NCBI GenBank assembly: GCA_038890875.1
Contig: JAWAFA010000001.1
Span: forward strand, 419,910-483,909
DNA length: 64,000 bases
Direction of reading: 5' to 3'
DNA from: Candidatus Pacearchaeota archaeon
GTDB taxonomy: Archaea; Nanobdellota; Nanobdellia; Pacearchaeales; JAPDKA01
A program made the translations under genes and the position numbers. Below, one piece after another: positions 20,501-28,618 of the stretch. Numbering within the stretch: the stretch's first letter is position 1; every line of letters begins with the position of its first letter. The notes under the pieces were generated by a model that saw nothing but the letters and a program-made list of their open reading frames with translations, made no database searches and had not been told where the DNA came from.

Positions 20501-23341
20501 ATCAACATCGATTGAGCCTGTTGCATTAGCAATTAAGGTTGAACTCTTATAAGCTGGTGTTGGTTCAACTATCAAGCTTGGAGGAGTTGTTGGCGCGTCA
20601 TTTATAGGGTTAACTATAACAGTAACCGTTGCTATGTTTGAAATATTTGCACCATCATTAGCTATATACCTAAAGCTGTCTATTCCATACCAATCAGGTT
20701 CAGGTATATAAATGAAAGATCCATTTGCATTTAATACCAAATTACCATGAGAAACACTATTTACAAGGACGGCTGTTAGTGTATCACCATCTACATCACT
20801 ATCATTTGCTAAAACTCCAGGAGCAGAAATTGTAAGTATATCATTTTCATTTACACTATAAGTATCATCATTAGCAAGAGGAGCATCATTTACTGGACTC
20901 ACATTTATTGTTACAGTTGCAACAGAACTATTATCCATGCCATCACTTACTATATAGCTAAAGCTATCAATGCCGTTGAAGTTTGGATCTGGGGTGTATA
21001 TGAAAGAGCCGTCTGAGTTGAAAATTAAGTTACCATTGCTAACACTACTCACAAGAATTGCTGTTAATGTATCGCCATCAGTATCATTATCATTTGCAAG
21101 CACACCCGGAGCTGGAATGCTTAATGATTCGTCCTCCAAAATTTCATAATAATCATCATTTGCAATAGGCGCATTATTAATTACAGTTGTCGTTATATCT
21201 TGAGTTTCATTATATAATCCTGCATTTATTGTTGAATTGGCATAGACTCTAACTACATAACTTCCTGGAATGCTTGAACTCACGTCGAGCTGTACGAGCT
21301 TACTTTCGCCAGCTCCAAGAATTATAGAACTTTCATTTAGCCAGACATTTGCACCATTATAATTTATAACACCAAGCACAAAATTATTCCAAACATTCCC
21401 AGTGTTTGTTATATTAATAATGTAAGTTGCATTGGCATTTTTTGAAACTGTTCTTGCGTAACTATCACTCTCCAAGATAACACCAAGTTGCAAATCATTA
21501 CTAAATCCTCTCGTGCATTGCTGGAATTGCCAATCACTTAAAGTATTAGTATCTTGGCCATTTGGCACTCGTGCCCAGCAAAGATCATTGCCAAGAGTGT
21601 CGGCAAGATTATAAGATACATCATCAACAATCTGATTGAAGTTATCATACAAAGTTATATTTTCACCACCATTGTTCAATAAGTTTGATGCAGATCTGAT
21701 TAAGTAACTTCCAGCATTGATAATCTGATTTAATGGAAGCACATTTCCTGCAGCGTCACGAATATACCAGCCAGTGACATTAACATCATTTGCTGTCGGG
21801 TTATAAAGCTCTATCCAATCTCCGCTAGGAGTTCCGTTATTGCTTTCAAATTCATTTATGATAATAGCTGGTGGTGGTAAGAGTACAGTAAAGGCAACAG
21901 ATGCGCTTGCTAAATTTCCACTAGTGTCATTTGCCCATGCCTCAATTACATGCATGCCTTGAGCAAAAGTTTGTAAAATTGAATTTGTATATGTTATATT
22001 CACCCCCCCATCAATACTATACCAAACCTGATCAATAGCTACGTTATCGCTAGCACTAATATTTATCAAAATATCGCTTACAGTGTATGTTATGTTTTCA
22101 GGACTAACGATTATTATACTAGGAGCTTGTGTGTCTTGCACAGAAATATTAAAGCTAACACTTGCCGAGCCAACATTGTTGCTTACATCTTGAGCATAGA
22201 TGAATAGTGTATATGCACTATTTGCCAAGGTAAGAGTTGTGTTCTGGCAGCCTGGCAAGTTTTGAGGGGCCCCACCATTTAAAACATACCAACAAGCAGC
22301 TATACCATCATCATCAGAGACAATATAGTTTAATGGAATTGGCAATGATGCATAAGTTTGACCATCTTCAGGGCTAATTATAATGACACTTGGAGCATTG
22401 ATATCCCCAACTATGATTTGTTTTGTTGTACTTCTTTCATCACCATCAGCATCTCTTGCTGTCAACACAACATCGTAAGTGCCAGGCATGTTATAAGCAT
22501 GGCTTACACTTTGGCCATTTGCAATACCACCATCACCAAAATCCCAGCTAAAAGTAAGTGGTGCATCAAATGCTGTTCCACTCGCAATGAAACTTACGAC
22601 TTGGCCTATTGACGGAGAGCTCGGAGAAAAGCTGAAATCAATATTTTCAGGGACAGTATCTATAATGGTAACTCTCCAACCAGCAGAGGCTGTATTACCT
22701 CTACCATCACTTACAATAACTGCTATGTCAAAAACTTGAGCATCATTTACATTTGGTAGCTGCAATAGAAAGCTGTTTCCGCTTGCACTCTGTTGCTGAT
22801 TGTTGACATACCAAGTATAACTCAAAGTATCGCCATTTGGATCACTGGCAATTACAACAAAACTTTGTTGCAGTACGGCTTCACTTACACTAAAGGTATC
22901 TTGTGATGGGCTTTTGCTTGTTATTTGCGGTGGCTGATTAGATCCTTCAAAATAAATCCTTAATGTTTCACTTGTTGCGGTTTTGCCGCTTTTATCTTTT
23001 GTTCTTGCGTAAAAACTATGCCAGCCTGCTGTGTTATGCGTTACAATAGTTTGTAATGCACATGTACTAAAACCAGCACAATCTTTTTCAGAATAGAGTG
23101 CACCATCTTCATAAAGCCATATTTTTATAAGTCCAGCATTGTCGTCAATATCAATCCCATTGGCAAGTAGCGTAGATTGTGAAAATATTGGATTATGTGA
23201 AATTTCGCTTAGGGTAATCTTCGGAGCATAGTCATAAGCTTTTGCTAATTTGAGCATAAATAAGCTAAACATAAATATACTTATTACTAAAAAAGCCAAT
23301 ATCTTTCTATTCATCTTATAATTAATTTTAATGTTTACCAT
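17570..23341 (-). CDS. Giant (1923 aa) cell-surface protein. Domain order: signal peptide/TM, Ig-like repeats, lamin-tail domain, three cadherin-like repeats, NST-x-x pentapeptide repeat tract, PKD domain, Cys-rich stalk, C-terminal TM anchor.
   Basis: N-terminal hydrophobic MNRKILAFLVISIFMFSLFML. LTD signature PPPAIIINEFE...DWIELYNPT...VNVTGWYIRD. Three ~100-aa repeats, each ending VNDAP (DGDTLTAxLVxSVSxGNL...NGIDSFxY). A tract of NSTVENSEIENSTLTNSTTNNSTITNS... PKD-like WDWTNDGTFDY...HTYNNPGRY. C-terminal IAIIALLGLIIVILAVAIIVKKVRH. Very many N-x-S/T sequons. Confidence 0.85.
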   Translation of the reverse strand: MVNIKINYKMNRKILAFLVISIFMFSLFMLKLAKAYDYAPKITLSEISHNPIFSQSTLLANGIDIDDNAGLIKIWLYEDGALYSEKDCAGFSTCALQTIVTHNTAGWHSFYARTKDKSGKTATSETLRIYFEGSNQPPQITSKSPSQDTFSVSEAVLQQSFVVIASDPNGDTLSYTWYVNNQQQSASGNSFLLQLPNVNDAQVFDIAVIVSDGRGNTASAGWRVTIIDTVPENIDFSFSPSSPSIGQVVSFIASGTAFDAPLTFSWDFGDGGIANGQSVSHAYNMPGTYDVVLTARDADGDERSTTKQIIVGDINAPSVIIISPEDGQTYASLPIPLNYIVSDDDGIAACWYVLNGGAPQNLPGCQNTTLTLANSAYTLFIYAQDVSNNVGSASVSFNISVQDTQAPSIIIVSPENITYTVSDILINISASDNVAIDQVWYSIDGGVNITYTNSILQTFAQGMHVIEAWANDTSGNLASASVAFTVLLPPPAIIINEFESNNGTPSGDWIELYNPTANDVNVTGWYIRDAAGNVLPLNQIINAGSYLIRSASNLLNNGGENITLYDNFNQIVDDVSYNLADTLGNDLCWARVPNGQDTNTLSDWQFQQCTRGFSNDLQLGVILESDSYARTVSKNANATYIINITNTGNVWNNFVLGVINYNGANVWLNESSIILGAGESKLVQLDVSSSIPGSYVVRVYANSTINAGLYNETQDITTTVINNAPIANDDYYEILEDESLSIPAPGVLANDNDTDGDTLTAILVSSVSNGNLIFNSDGSFIYTPDPNFNGIDSFSYIVSDGMDNSSVATVTINVSPVNDAPLANDDTYSVNENDILTISAPGVLANDSDVDGDTLTAVLVNSVSHGNLVLNANGSFIYIPEPDWYGIDSFRYIANDGANISNIATVTVIVNPINDAPTTPPSLIVEPTPAYKSSTLIANATGSIDVDGDIITYYYEFRNNATGVILQTWSTNNTFDCLTSAGCNKNDDVLVIAGAFDGIEFSGNITVVKDIKNTPPVIQNDVYNTNEDNILTVPTAQGLLVNDSDIDIDILSAILVTNVSNGVLTLNSDGSFTYIPNANFNGIDSFTYVANDGEANSNIATVTINVVPVNDAPYLITLIPDVTFDEDSYNDSLDMTNYFADVDNATLVYSFTSNNSNVIVTFVGTRVNITANPNWNGIAEVTLIASDGEYSANDTIIVTVNPVPDYGVSITATPSSQTVGLLEPAIYTINITNIGDTQDNFNLTIQNINNADQAILNETTTPMLNQGGSYIVSLTVSDSNPGVYIVNVIATSNSNTSISNITSTTTSVVTLDTGWIFNSTVNGTFYVSQSTGIFNNINDSIIKNFSTIKASAGGNFNEDILILDSNIDNSTVENSWLTAVNATASIINNSILNNCTVINATVKGIIASNCYLADGIYDPPQPTNNLTGSNLTNSHTYQSNVTYSNVSYSNITYSNVDKAIINESNITYSNISNSTIESSNLDYSNISDSIVANSMLINSTVENSEIENSTLTNSTTNNSTITNSMLNDSNVTNSTINNSSLNNSTVINSDLENITATNTIITNSTLGNATLIDANVTDNVLYNGTIITTNFTYNATNNTPLNLSNSSALPSVRIVITSPSPYYEDESISFNALIGGQFNTNDNITYEWDWTNDGTFDYSAINVSTATHTYNNPGRYIAKVKVTDVHGTSAWSTISFRVVQKIVEERGGGGREALVAPICGNNICEGNESVYCPQDCKIIPNLTVTTTPKPKVKAIEIKSDDRLVIVRLLSSIEVVNNNNNKIDPNTIKIEKITDLTLLPTLPQDVYLVRAYKFTPAVRFGEDVELIIKINEEFAEGANLFIYNYEGGGWRKIESVWDKENGKVVALVDSAAIIGLFVDRLPIIPVTGGVIGWLKSNWHIAIIALLGLIIVILAVAIIVKKVRH
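18650..19075 (-). repeat. Intragenic tandem 15-nt/pentapeptide coding repeats (NST-x-x units) inside the giant surface-protein gene.
   Basis: Repeated gttgaatttgt / attgaattat-like units on the plus strand. They encode N-S-T/N-x-T pentapeptides, likely a beta-helix or glycosylated stalk. Confidence 0.6.
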
Positions 23342-25197
23342 TTTGCCTTAAAACCTAGATAAATTTCCCCAGATTTAATTTTGTTGCCAACAGTATTCAT
23401 TTCACCGCATCCAAAAATTCCCCAACTTTTTCTTTTTCCTTCACTACAAACACTGTAACTATTACGATTTTGATTTGTATCTAGAGAATATTTACTTTCA
23501 ACTCCCCACTTTTCATTTCCATAACCAAAAGTGAAACCATAATTAGGTCGATTCTTGTCAAAGTTAACATCAACACCACCATAAAAGCTTGTTGCATTTA
23601 ATAACTTTTCTATATCATTAATCTTATTCAAACCTTCAGGATTTGGTAGATAATTTAAATAAATTTTGTGTTGCCTATTGAAATAATTATTATTACCATA
23701 CCAAAGCGAGATTTTGTTATTTGCATCATCTTTGAAATAATTAATGATTAACGAGTTAGGACCAATATTATAAGCAAAATTTAAAATACCTTCGACATGG
23801 TCAGTGTTATCCACATTAGGTCCAATATTAACAAGAGGGACAAATTTTAATTCTAACTCTTTATGCTTATACTCTAAACTCGCTCCTATAGGAAAAACTC
23901 TTTTAATCTCTCTCATTTTGTCACTATATGATATTGTGTCATAATTTTGTATTTCGAAAGTATCACAAGAAACCTCTTCACCATTTATATAAACACATGT
24001 TGTGCCAGATGTTTTATTATTAACAATCTCTACTAAATCTAACTTATTCTTCACTCTACTTTCTTCGATCCCTCCGATTATCCCTCCATAAAGCCTTCCA
24101 ATTTTTTGCTTTGCTTTAATTCTTGCTTTTGTTAAAAGTTCATCTGTTTTGCTTTTTCCATTAACATTAATAAATGTTTCAATATCGCCTTGTGTTACCG
24201 TTCTAATTTCAAAAGGATTGTTCGTTATGTCTTCTTCGTAAAAAGGAGTTATTTCTTGATAAGTCTCATTTATATCATCTCTACTCATCTTAGTAGTAAT
24301 ACTAACATTCCCTTCAATATTCAAGAAGGCATTCTTCCAACCAATAGAGCCATGATATATCATTGGCATTTCTAATAAAGTTCCTTTTTCTTTTTTTTCA
24401 AAACTAATGCCCAGATCTCCATAGATATCACTTTCTCTACCTTTTCCGATCCCTTTCCTTCCCTCTCCAAACAACGTTACTCTTTGTTCTTTTCTTCCTC
24501 CCGTACCAAAAAAGAATACCTCAATATTATCTCTATTATTTTCACCAACATTTACTTTTGCATCATAACTAACAATTCCTTGACTATTATAATCTAAATC
24601 TCCTAAAAAAGAGACTGAACTAGGTTTTATTATTTTTATCTCATTTTGTCGAGGTGGTATTTGAGGTTTGATTTGCAATAGTTCTTGAGGTTTTGGCTTT
24701 TCTTTCTTTTCTTTTTCTTTGATGATAGTTTCAACTTGCTCAGAAATTATCTCTTCTTCTTTAGGTTTTTTCTTAACTTCTTGTGCCATCATCTCTTTTT
24801 TTTCTCCTTTGAATAAAACCCCATAAGATTTAGGATCGATTAATTTTTTAATCTCGTCCAAATTATTTGGTTGTAATGAGTAAACATAACCTCCTGCTTT
24901 AACAAAAATCTCTTGAGAATTATTTTGAATAAAAACTAATGTTACGGGATCAGACAAGTTTAAGCAATTACTAAGCACTGTTTGAATCTCAGGATCAACT
25001 ATTGTATACTCTGTTCCAAGTGAATATTCAATAGCTTTTACAGATGTTTTGTAGTCTTTACTTTCTTTTTTACTCCAAAAATCTTCAGCTCTTGGGCATC
25101 CTGACTGGTTTTCTAACCCTTGTGTTAAACCAAGACTACCAAGAGCAATTCCCAAAGCAAAAATTATGCTCTCCAGAGTTCTTTTCAATTTTGTCAT
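23335..25197 (-). CDS. Secreted 620-aa protein with a beta-strand-rich, OMP-like C-terminal domain. Co-transcribed with the giant surface protein (7-nt overlap).
   Basis: N-terminal signal peptide (IIFALGIALGSLGLTQG). Central K/E-rich linker. C-terminal approx. 300 aa with alternating hydrophobic dyads (FTFGYGNEKWGVESKYSL, GEIYLGFKAKW) ending in W. Confidence 0.55.
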   Translation of the reverse strand: MTKLKRTLESIIFALGIALGSLGLTQGLENQSGCPRAEDFWSKKESKDYKTSVKAIEYSLGTEYTIVDPEIQTVLSNCLNLSDPVTLVFIQNNSQEIFVKAGGYVYSLQPNNLDEIKKLIDPKSYGVLFKGEKKEMMAQEVKKKPKEEEIISEQVETIIKEKEKKEKPKPQELLQIKPQIPPRQNEIKIIKPSSVSFLGDLDYNSQGIVSYDAKVNVGENNRDNIEVFFFGTGGRKEQRVTLFGEGRKGIGKGRESDIYGDLGISFEKKEKGTLLEMPMIYHGSIGWKNAFLNIEGNVSITTKMSRDDINETYQEITPFYEEDITNNPFEIRTVTQGDIETFINVNGKSKTDELLTKARIKAKQKIGRLYGGIIGGIEESRVKNKLDLVEIVNNKTSGTTCVYINGEEVSCDTFEIQNYDTISYSDKMREIKRVFPIGASLEYKHKELELKFVPLVNIGPNVDNTDHVEGILNFAYNIGPNSLIINYFKDDANNKISLWYGNNNYFNRQHKIYLNYLPNPEGLNKINDIEKLLNATSFYGGVDVNFDKNRPNYGFTFGYGNEKWGVESKYSLDTNQNRNSYSVCSEGKRKSWGIFGCGEMNTVGNKIKSGEIYLGFKAKW

Positions 25198-25275
25198 TGT
25201 AAAATTACAATACTTCCAATTTAAAAAACTTTCTCTTAATTTTTGTTACTACTTTTAGGTAATTTTTAATAAATT

Positions 25276-25530
25276 TCATTCGCTAGATTTTGCAAGAGCA
25301 CGCCGTATGCTTATAATTATAATAACTAAAAGGATTATTAAGAATAAAATCAAAAATGAAAAGAACCAAATAGTAGAATTGCTAATCTTTCCATCATTGA
25401 CTACCCCTCCACTTATGGCATTATTGACCTCATTGACCTTTAAAGCATCGACAAATAAAAAAATAAGCACTGCAATAAAGATTATTATTATAAGAATAAA
25501 CACTGCTCCTGGATTTCCTTCTTCTTCCAT
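25276..25530 (-). CDS. Small two-TM membrane protein.
   Basis: Start trimmed to MEEEGNPGAVFILIIIIFIAV. The longer ORF would overlap the divergent downstream gene. Confidence 0.3.
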   Translation of the reverse strand: MEEEGNPGAVFILIIIIFIAVLIFLFVDALKVNEVNNAISGGVVNDGKISNSTIWFFSFLILFLIILLVIIIISIRRALAKSSE

Positions 25531-25628
25531 CTTTTTTAATATTTTTAGAACTTTTAAAATTATTGCTTTATAGAAATGTTTAAATATATTTAAATATATA
25601 TTTACTCTTGTTTTTAAAAGAGTAAAAA

Positions 25629-26480
25629 ATGTCAGATAAATTTGAAGAAATCTATAAAGCAATAAAGACATTAAAGATCCAAGGAGCCGAGAATGTTGCA
25701 AAAGCTGCACTTAAAGCTTTGCGTTATAGAAATGATAAAAAGGCAATTGCAAGACTTGTAAAGTTAAGGCCAACAGAACCAGCCTTGCGCAATGCTATAG
25801 CTTTAACTATGACTATCGTCGATAAAGGCAAAAGTTGGAATGAGGCAATAAGAACAATTGAGCAATACTTTGAAACTTTTGATAAGAAAGTAGAAGAATA
25901 TGCGGCAAGAATAATTGAAAATGATTCTGTAATCTACACTCATTGTCATAGCAATACTGTAGAGAGAGTGTTGAAGCTTGCAAAAATGCTTGGTAAGGAG
26001 TTTAAGGTGTATGTAACAGAAACAAGACCACTCTTTCAAGGCAGAATTACTGCTGAAAGGCTTGCAAAAGCAGGAATTCAAGTAGTACTTGGAGTTGATA
26101 GCAATGCTACCCACTTCATAAAAAAAGCTGATATGTTTCTTTTTGGTGCAGATGCGATAACTGCTGAAGGAAATGTTATAAATAAAATAGGGACAAATAT
26201 GTTTGCAGAAATCGCTCAGCGTTATGACGTGCCTTGCTATTGCCTCACTATAGGTTTAAAGTATGACCCGGCGACTAAATATGGTTACGAAGAGCCAATC
26301 GAAGAAAGGTCAAGTAAGGAAGTTTGGGAGAAAAAAATAAGAAATGTGAAAATAGTCAATCCTGCTTTTGAGATTGTTGAAGCAAAAAATATAAATGCAA
26401 TAATTAGTGAATTTGGAATTTTAAGCCCAGCCCAGTTTGTTATCGAAGCAAATAAACTTTGGCGAGATAGTTTAATTTAA
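25629..26480 (+). CDS. eIF-2B alpha/beta/delta-family protein (aIF-2BI / ribose-1,5-bisphosphate isomerase-like).
   Basis: YTHCHSNTVERVL...VYVTETRPLFQGR...GADAITAEGNVINKIGT matches the IF-2B family core. Confidence 0.75.
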   Translation: MSDKFEEIYKAIKTLKIQGAENVAKAALKALRYRNDKKAIARLVKLRPTEPALRNAIALTMTIVDKGKSWNEAIRTIEQYFETFDKKVEEYAARIIENDSVIYTHCHSNTVERVLKLAKMLGKEFKVYVTETRPLFQGRITAERLAKAGIQVVLGVDSNATHFIKKADMFLFGADAITAEGNVINKIGTNMFAEIAQRYDVPCYCLTIGLKYDPATKYGYEEPIEERSSKEVWEKKIRNVKIVNPAFEIVEAKNINAIISEFGILSPAQFVIEANKLWRDSLI

Positions 26481-26600
26481 TAATAGTTGATTTTGTATTG
26501 ATTTTCTCATTATTAGGAACAAAAAATTAGAGTATAAGATACTACTAATAAATTGTACAAAAAACAAAAGGTTTATAAATAATTATTCTGAAGTTAATAT

Positions 26601-26912
26601 ATGATCACTAACAACTTGATGAAAAAGATTGAACTATTGTTATTTAGTAGTTTTATGGCATTCAATATTTATGGTAATGACTCATCTAAAGAGTATGAAC
26701 TCTGTCTTGAACTTGCTGAAAAAACTTACAAATCCTGCCTCGAGGCAAATAAAGAAAAACTTTACAGATGTTTAATCGACAATTGTACTAATGCTACTTA
26801 TGCTGAATTATGTTCTGAGGCTTGTTTTGAAGAAAATGAAAACAATGATTTAGCTTGCAAAGATAATTATGATATTGCAAAGATTGAATGCGAAGATATT
26901 CTTAAAAAATAA
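26601..26912 (+). CDS. Small secreted cysteine-rich protein (10 Cys).
   Basis: Hydrophobic N-terminus (LLLFSSFMAFNIYG) followed by a Cys-rich acidic domain. Confidence 0.35.
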   Translation: MITNNLMKKIELLLFSSFMAFNIYGNDSSKEYELCLELAEKTYKSCLEANKEKLYRCLIDNCTNATYAELCSEACFEENENNDLACKDNYDIAKIECEDILKK

Positions 26913-26916
26913 TCGA

Positions 26917-27414
26917 TCAATAAATTAAAGCGATCACAACACCTCTAATTTGCTCAAATCTAACTTTTTCTATATCAGCATATTCATTGTTGTCGCCTTT
27001 TGTTATGGCATACCAACCTTTCTCATCATCGCCTATTTTTACAATTCTATGTATTATTACATCTCCAGAAACTGATCTATAAGAAATTATATCCCCCACC
27101 TGCAAATCACTTGGTTTTTCTGGTTTAATTTCAATAGCATTAGCTTCAACATCGAGTACAGGATCCATGCTTTTCGTTGCTGCAAATCTTACTAAAAAAG
27201 AGTTAGGTATTACAATCACAACTTTATCTTCATATATATGTATGCTACTTTCATTGATTCTATCCGCTGGCGAAGGTAAATCATTAGCTATACCAAATGG
27301 CTTTTCATTGAAAGAAAGCGCAAGCTGGCTTAAATAGAACATTGAAAATAATAATGCTAATAAAAAGAAAAATTGCAAAATTATCCAAATTTTGATTTTC
27401 ATTTTTATACTCAT
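26917..27414 (-). CDS. Signal peptidase I (archaeal/ER-type S26B, Sec11-like).
   Basis: N-terminal TM anchor. SMDP (SGSMEP-type) box, and GDNN box in ITKGDNNEYAD. Confidence 0.6.
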   Translation of the reverse strand: MSIKMKIKIWIILQFFFLLALLFSMFYLSQLALSFNEKPFGIANDLPSPADRINESSIHIYEDKVVIVIPNSFLVRFAATKSMDPVLDVEANAIEIKPEKPSDLQVGDIISYRSVSGDVIIHRIVKIGDDEKGWYAITKGDNNEYADIEKVRFEQIRGVVIALIY

Positions 27415-27522
27415 TTTAAAGTAAGAAAATTTTTTAATTTAAAAATATTTGTTATTACCATTCCAAAGTTGCAATGAAATTATTTAAGTGGGTAAAAAAT
27501 AAAGAAGTAAAAAACTAGAAAA

Positions 27523-28215
27523 ATGAAGGCCAAAGCACCTTATAAAATACCTTATAAAATTCTTTTTATTGATTTTGATGGAACTTTAATTGATAGTTTG
27601 AAAGCTCATTATCATGCTTTCAATGAAACTTTTCGCATTCATAATCTACCGCCAGTAAGTTTACAAAAATTTAAACATCTTTTTGGTTATTTCTCTGAAC
27701 AAATTATAAAGTATTTATTCCCTTATCTTAGTGAAAACGAAGTTAAAAAACTGGCTGAATATAAAAAAAAGATTTTTATTACTAAAATCTATAAACAAGT
27801 AAAACTTTTTCCTGCTGTTAATAAAACTTTGAATATTCTAAAAAAGCATTACCTTCTTGTTCTTGAGTCAAATGCTAGTTTTGCTGAAATAAAAAAAATT
27901 GCGCGATTTTGTAAACTTAACCTTAATTATTTTAGTTTAATATTAAGTAAGGAAAAAGTAAAACATAAAAAGCCAGACCCAGAATTAATAAAAAAAGCCG
28001 AGAAGTTTTTTAAGTTAAATAAACATGCCAAACATGCAACTGAGTATGTTGTTGGTGATAGTTTTGTTGATGTGCAACTAGCAAAGAGGGCAAAAGTAAA
28101 GTCAATTATAATAGCTCGCGATATTGAAACAAAGCAACTTATAAGAAAATATAAACCAGATCATATAATAAAAAATTTTAGTGAAATAATCAATATAACA
28201 AACAAAAACATCTAA
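27523..28215 (+). CDS. HAD-superfamily hydrolase (phosphatase-like).
   Basis: Motif I FIDFDGTLIDS. Later K and GDS.VD motifs (VVGDSFVDVQ). Confidence 0.7.
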   Translation: MKAKAPYKIPYKILFIDFDGTLIDSLKAHYHAFNETFRIHNLPPVSLQKFKHLFGYFSEQIIKYLFPYLSENEVKKLAEYKKKIFITKIYKQVKLFPAVNKTLNILKKHYLLVLESNASFAEIKKIARFCKLNLNYFSLILSKEKVKHKKPDPELIKKAEKFFKLNKHAKHATEYVVGDSFVDVQLAKRAKVKSIIIARDIETKQLIRKYKPDHIIKNFSEIINITNKNI

Positions 28216-28526
28216 AAATCGCTCCCTAAAATCTCTTTGCTGATTTTCATTAATTCATTGTATACTGCCCCAGGACTTTTTCTTTCTTCTTTACTTTTTT
28301 CTAAACTTACTATCCCAAGCATCTTTCTGATTGCCTCAACCTTATAACCTTCGTTGCCGCCTTTAAATTTCTCTTTTCTGCTTATTGAGAATAAACGGTT
28401 ACCATATTGTAACTGCGGCTCTCCTGACTTCGAAACTCCTCTATATTTTACACCCAACTTTTCTAATAATTTTTTAAATACCTCTTCAGAAGCATATTTA
28501 ACAGGCATAATCTTTTTATAATCCAC
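28212..28526 (-). CDS. Hypothetical small basic protein.
   Basis: 104-aa ORF. No clear family. Confidence 0.3.
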   Translation of the reverse strand: MDYKKIMPVKYASEEVFKKLLEKLGVKYRGVSKSGEPQLQYGNRLFSISRKEKFKGGNEGYKVEAIRKMLGIVSLEKSKEERKSPGAVYNELMKISKEILGSDF

Positions 28527-28618
28527 TCTTTATAATTTTTACTGCTGCTATTGACTTTGATTGTTCCAATTTTTTAATTACAACAGAAGAATTAAAAAAT
28601 TTCTTTACACCTGTCTTA

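Noticed and set aside
25531-25710. N-terminal 60 codons of ORF 25276..25710 (-).
   Set aside because: Would overlap the start and promoter of the divergently transcribed eIF-2B-like gene. The internal Met (MEEEG...) yields a compact 2-TM protein.
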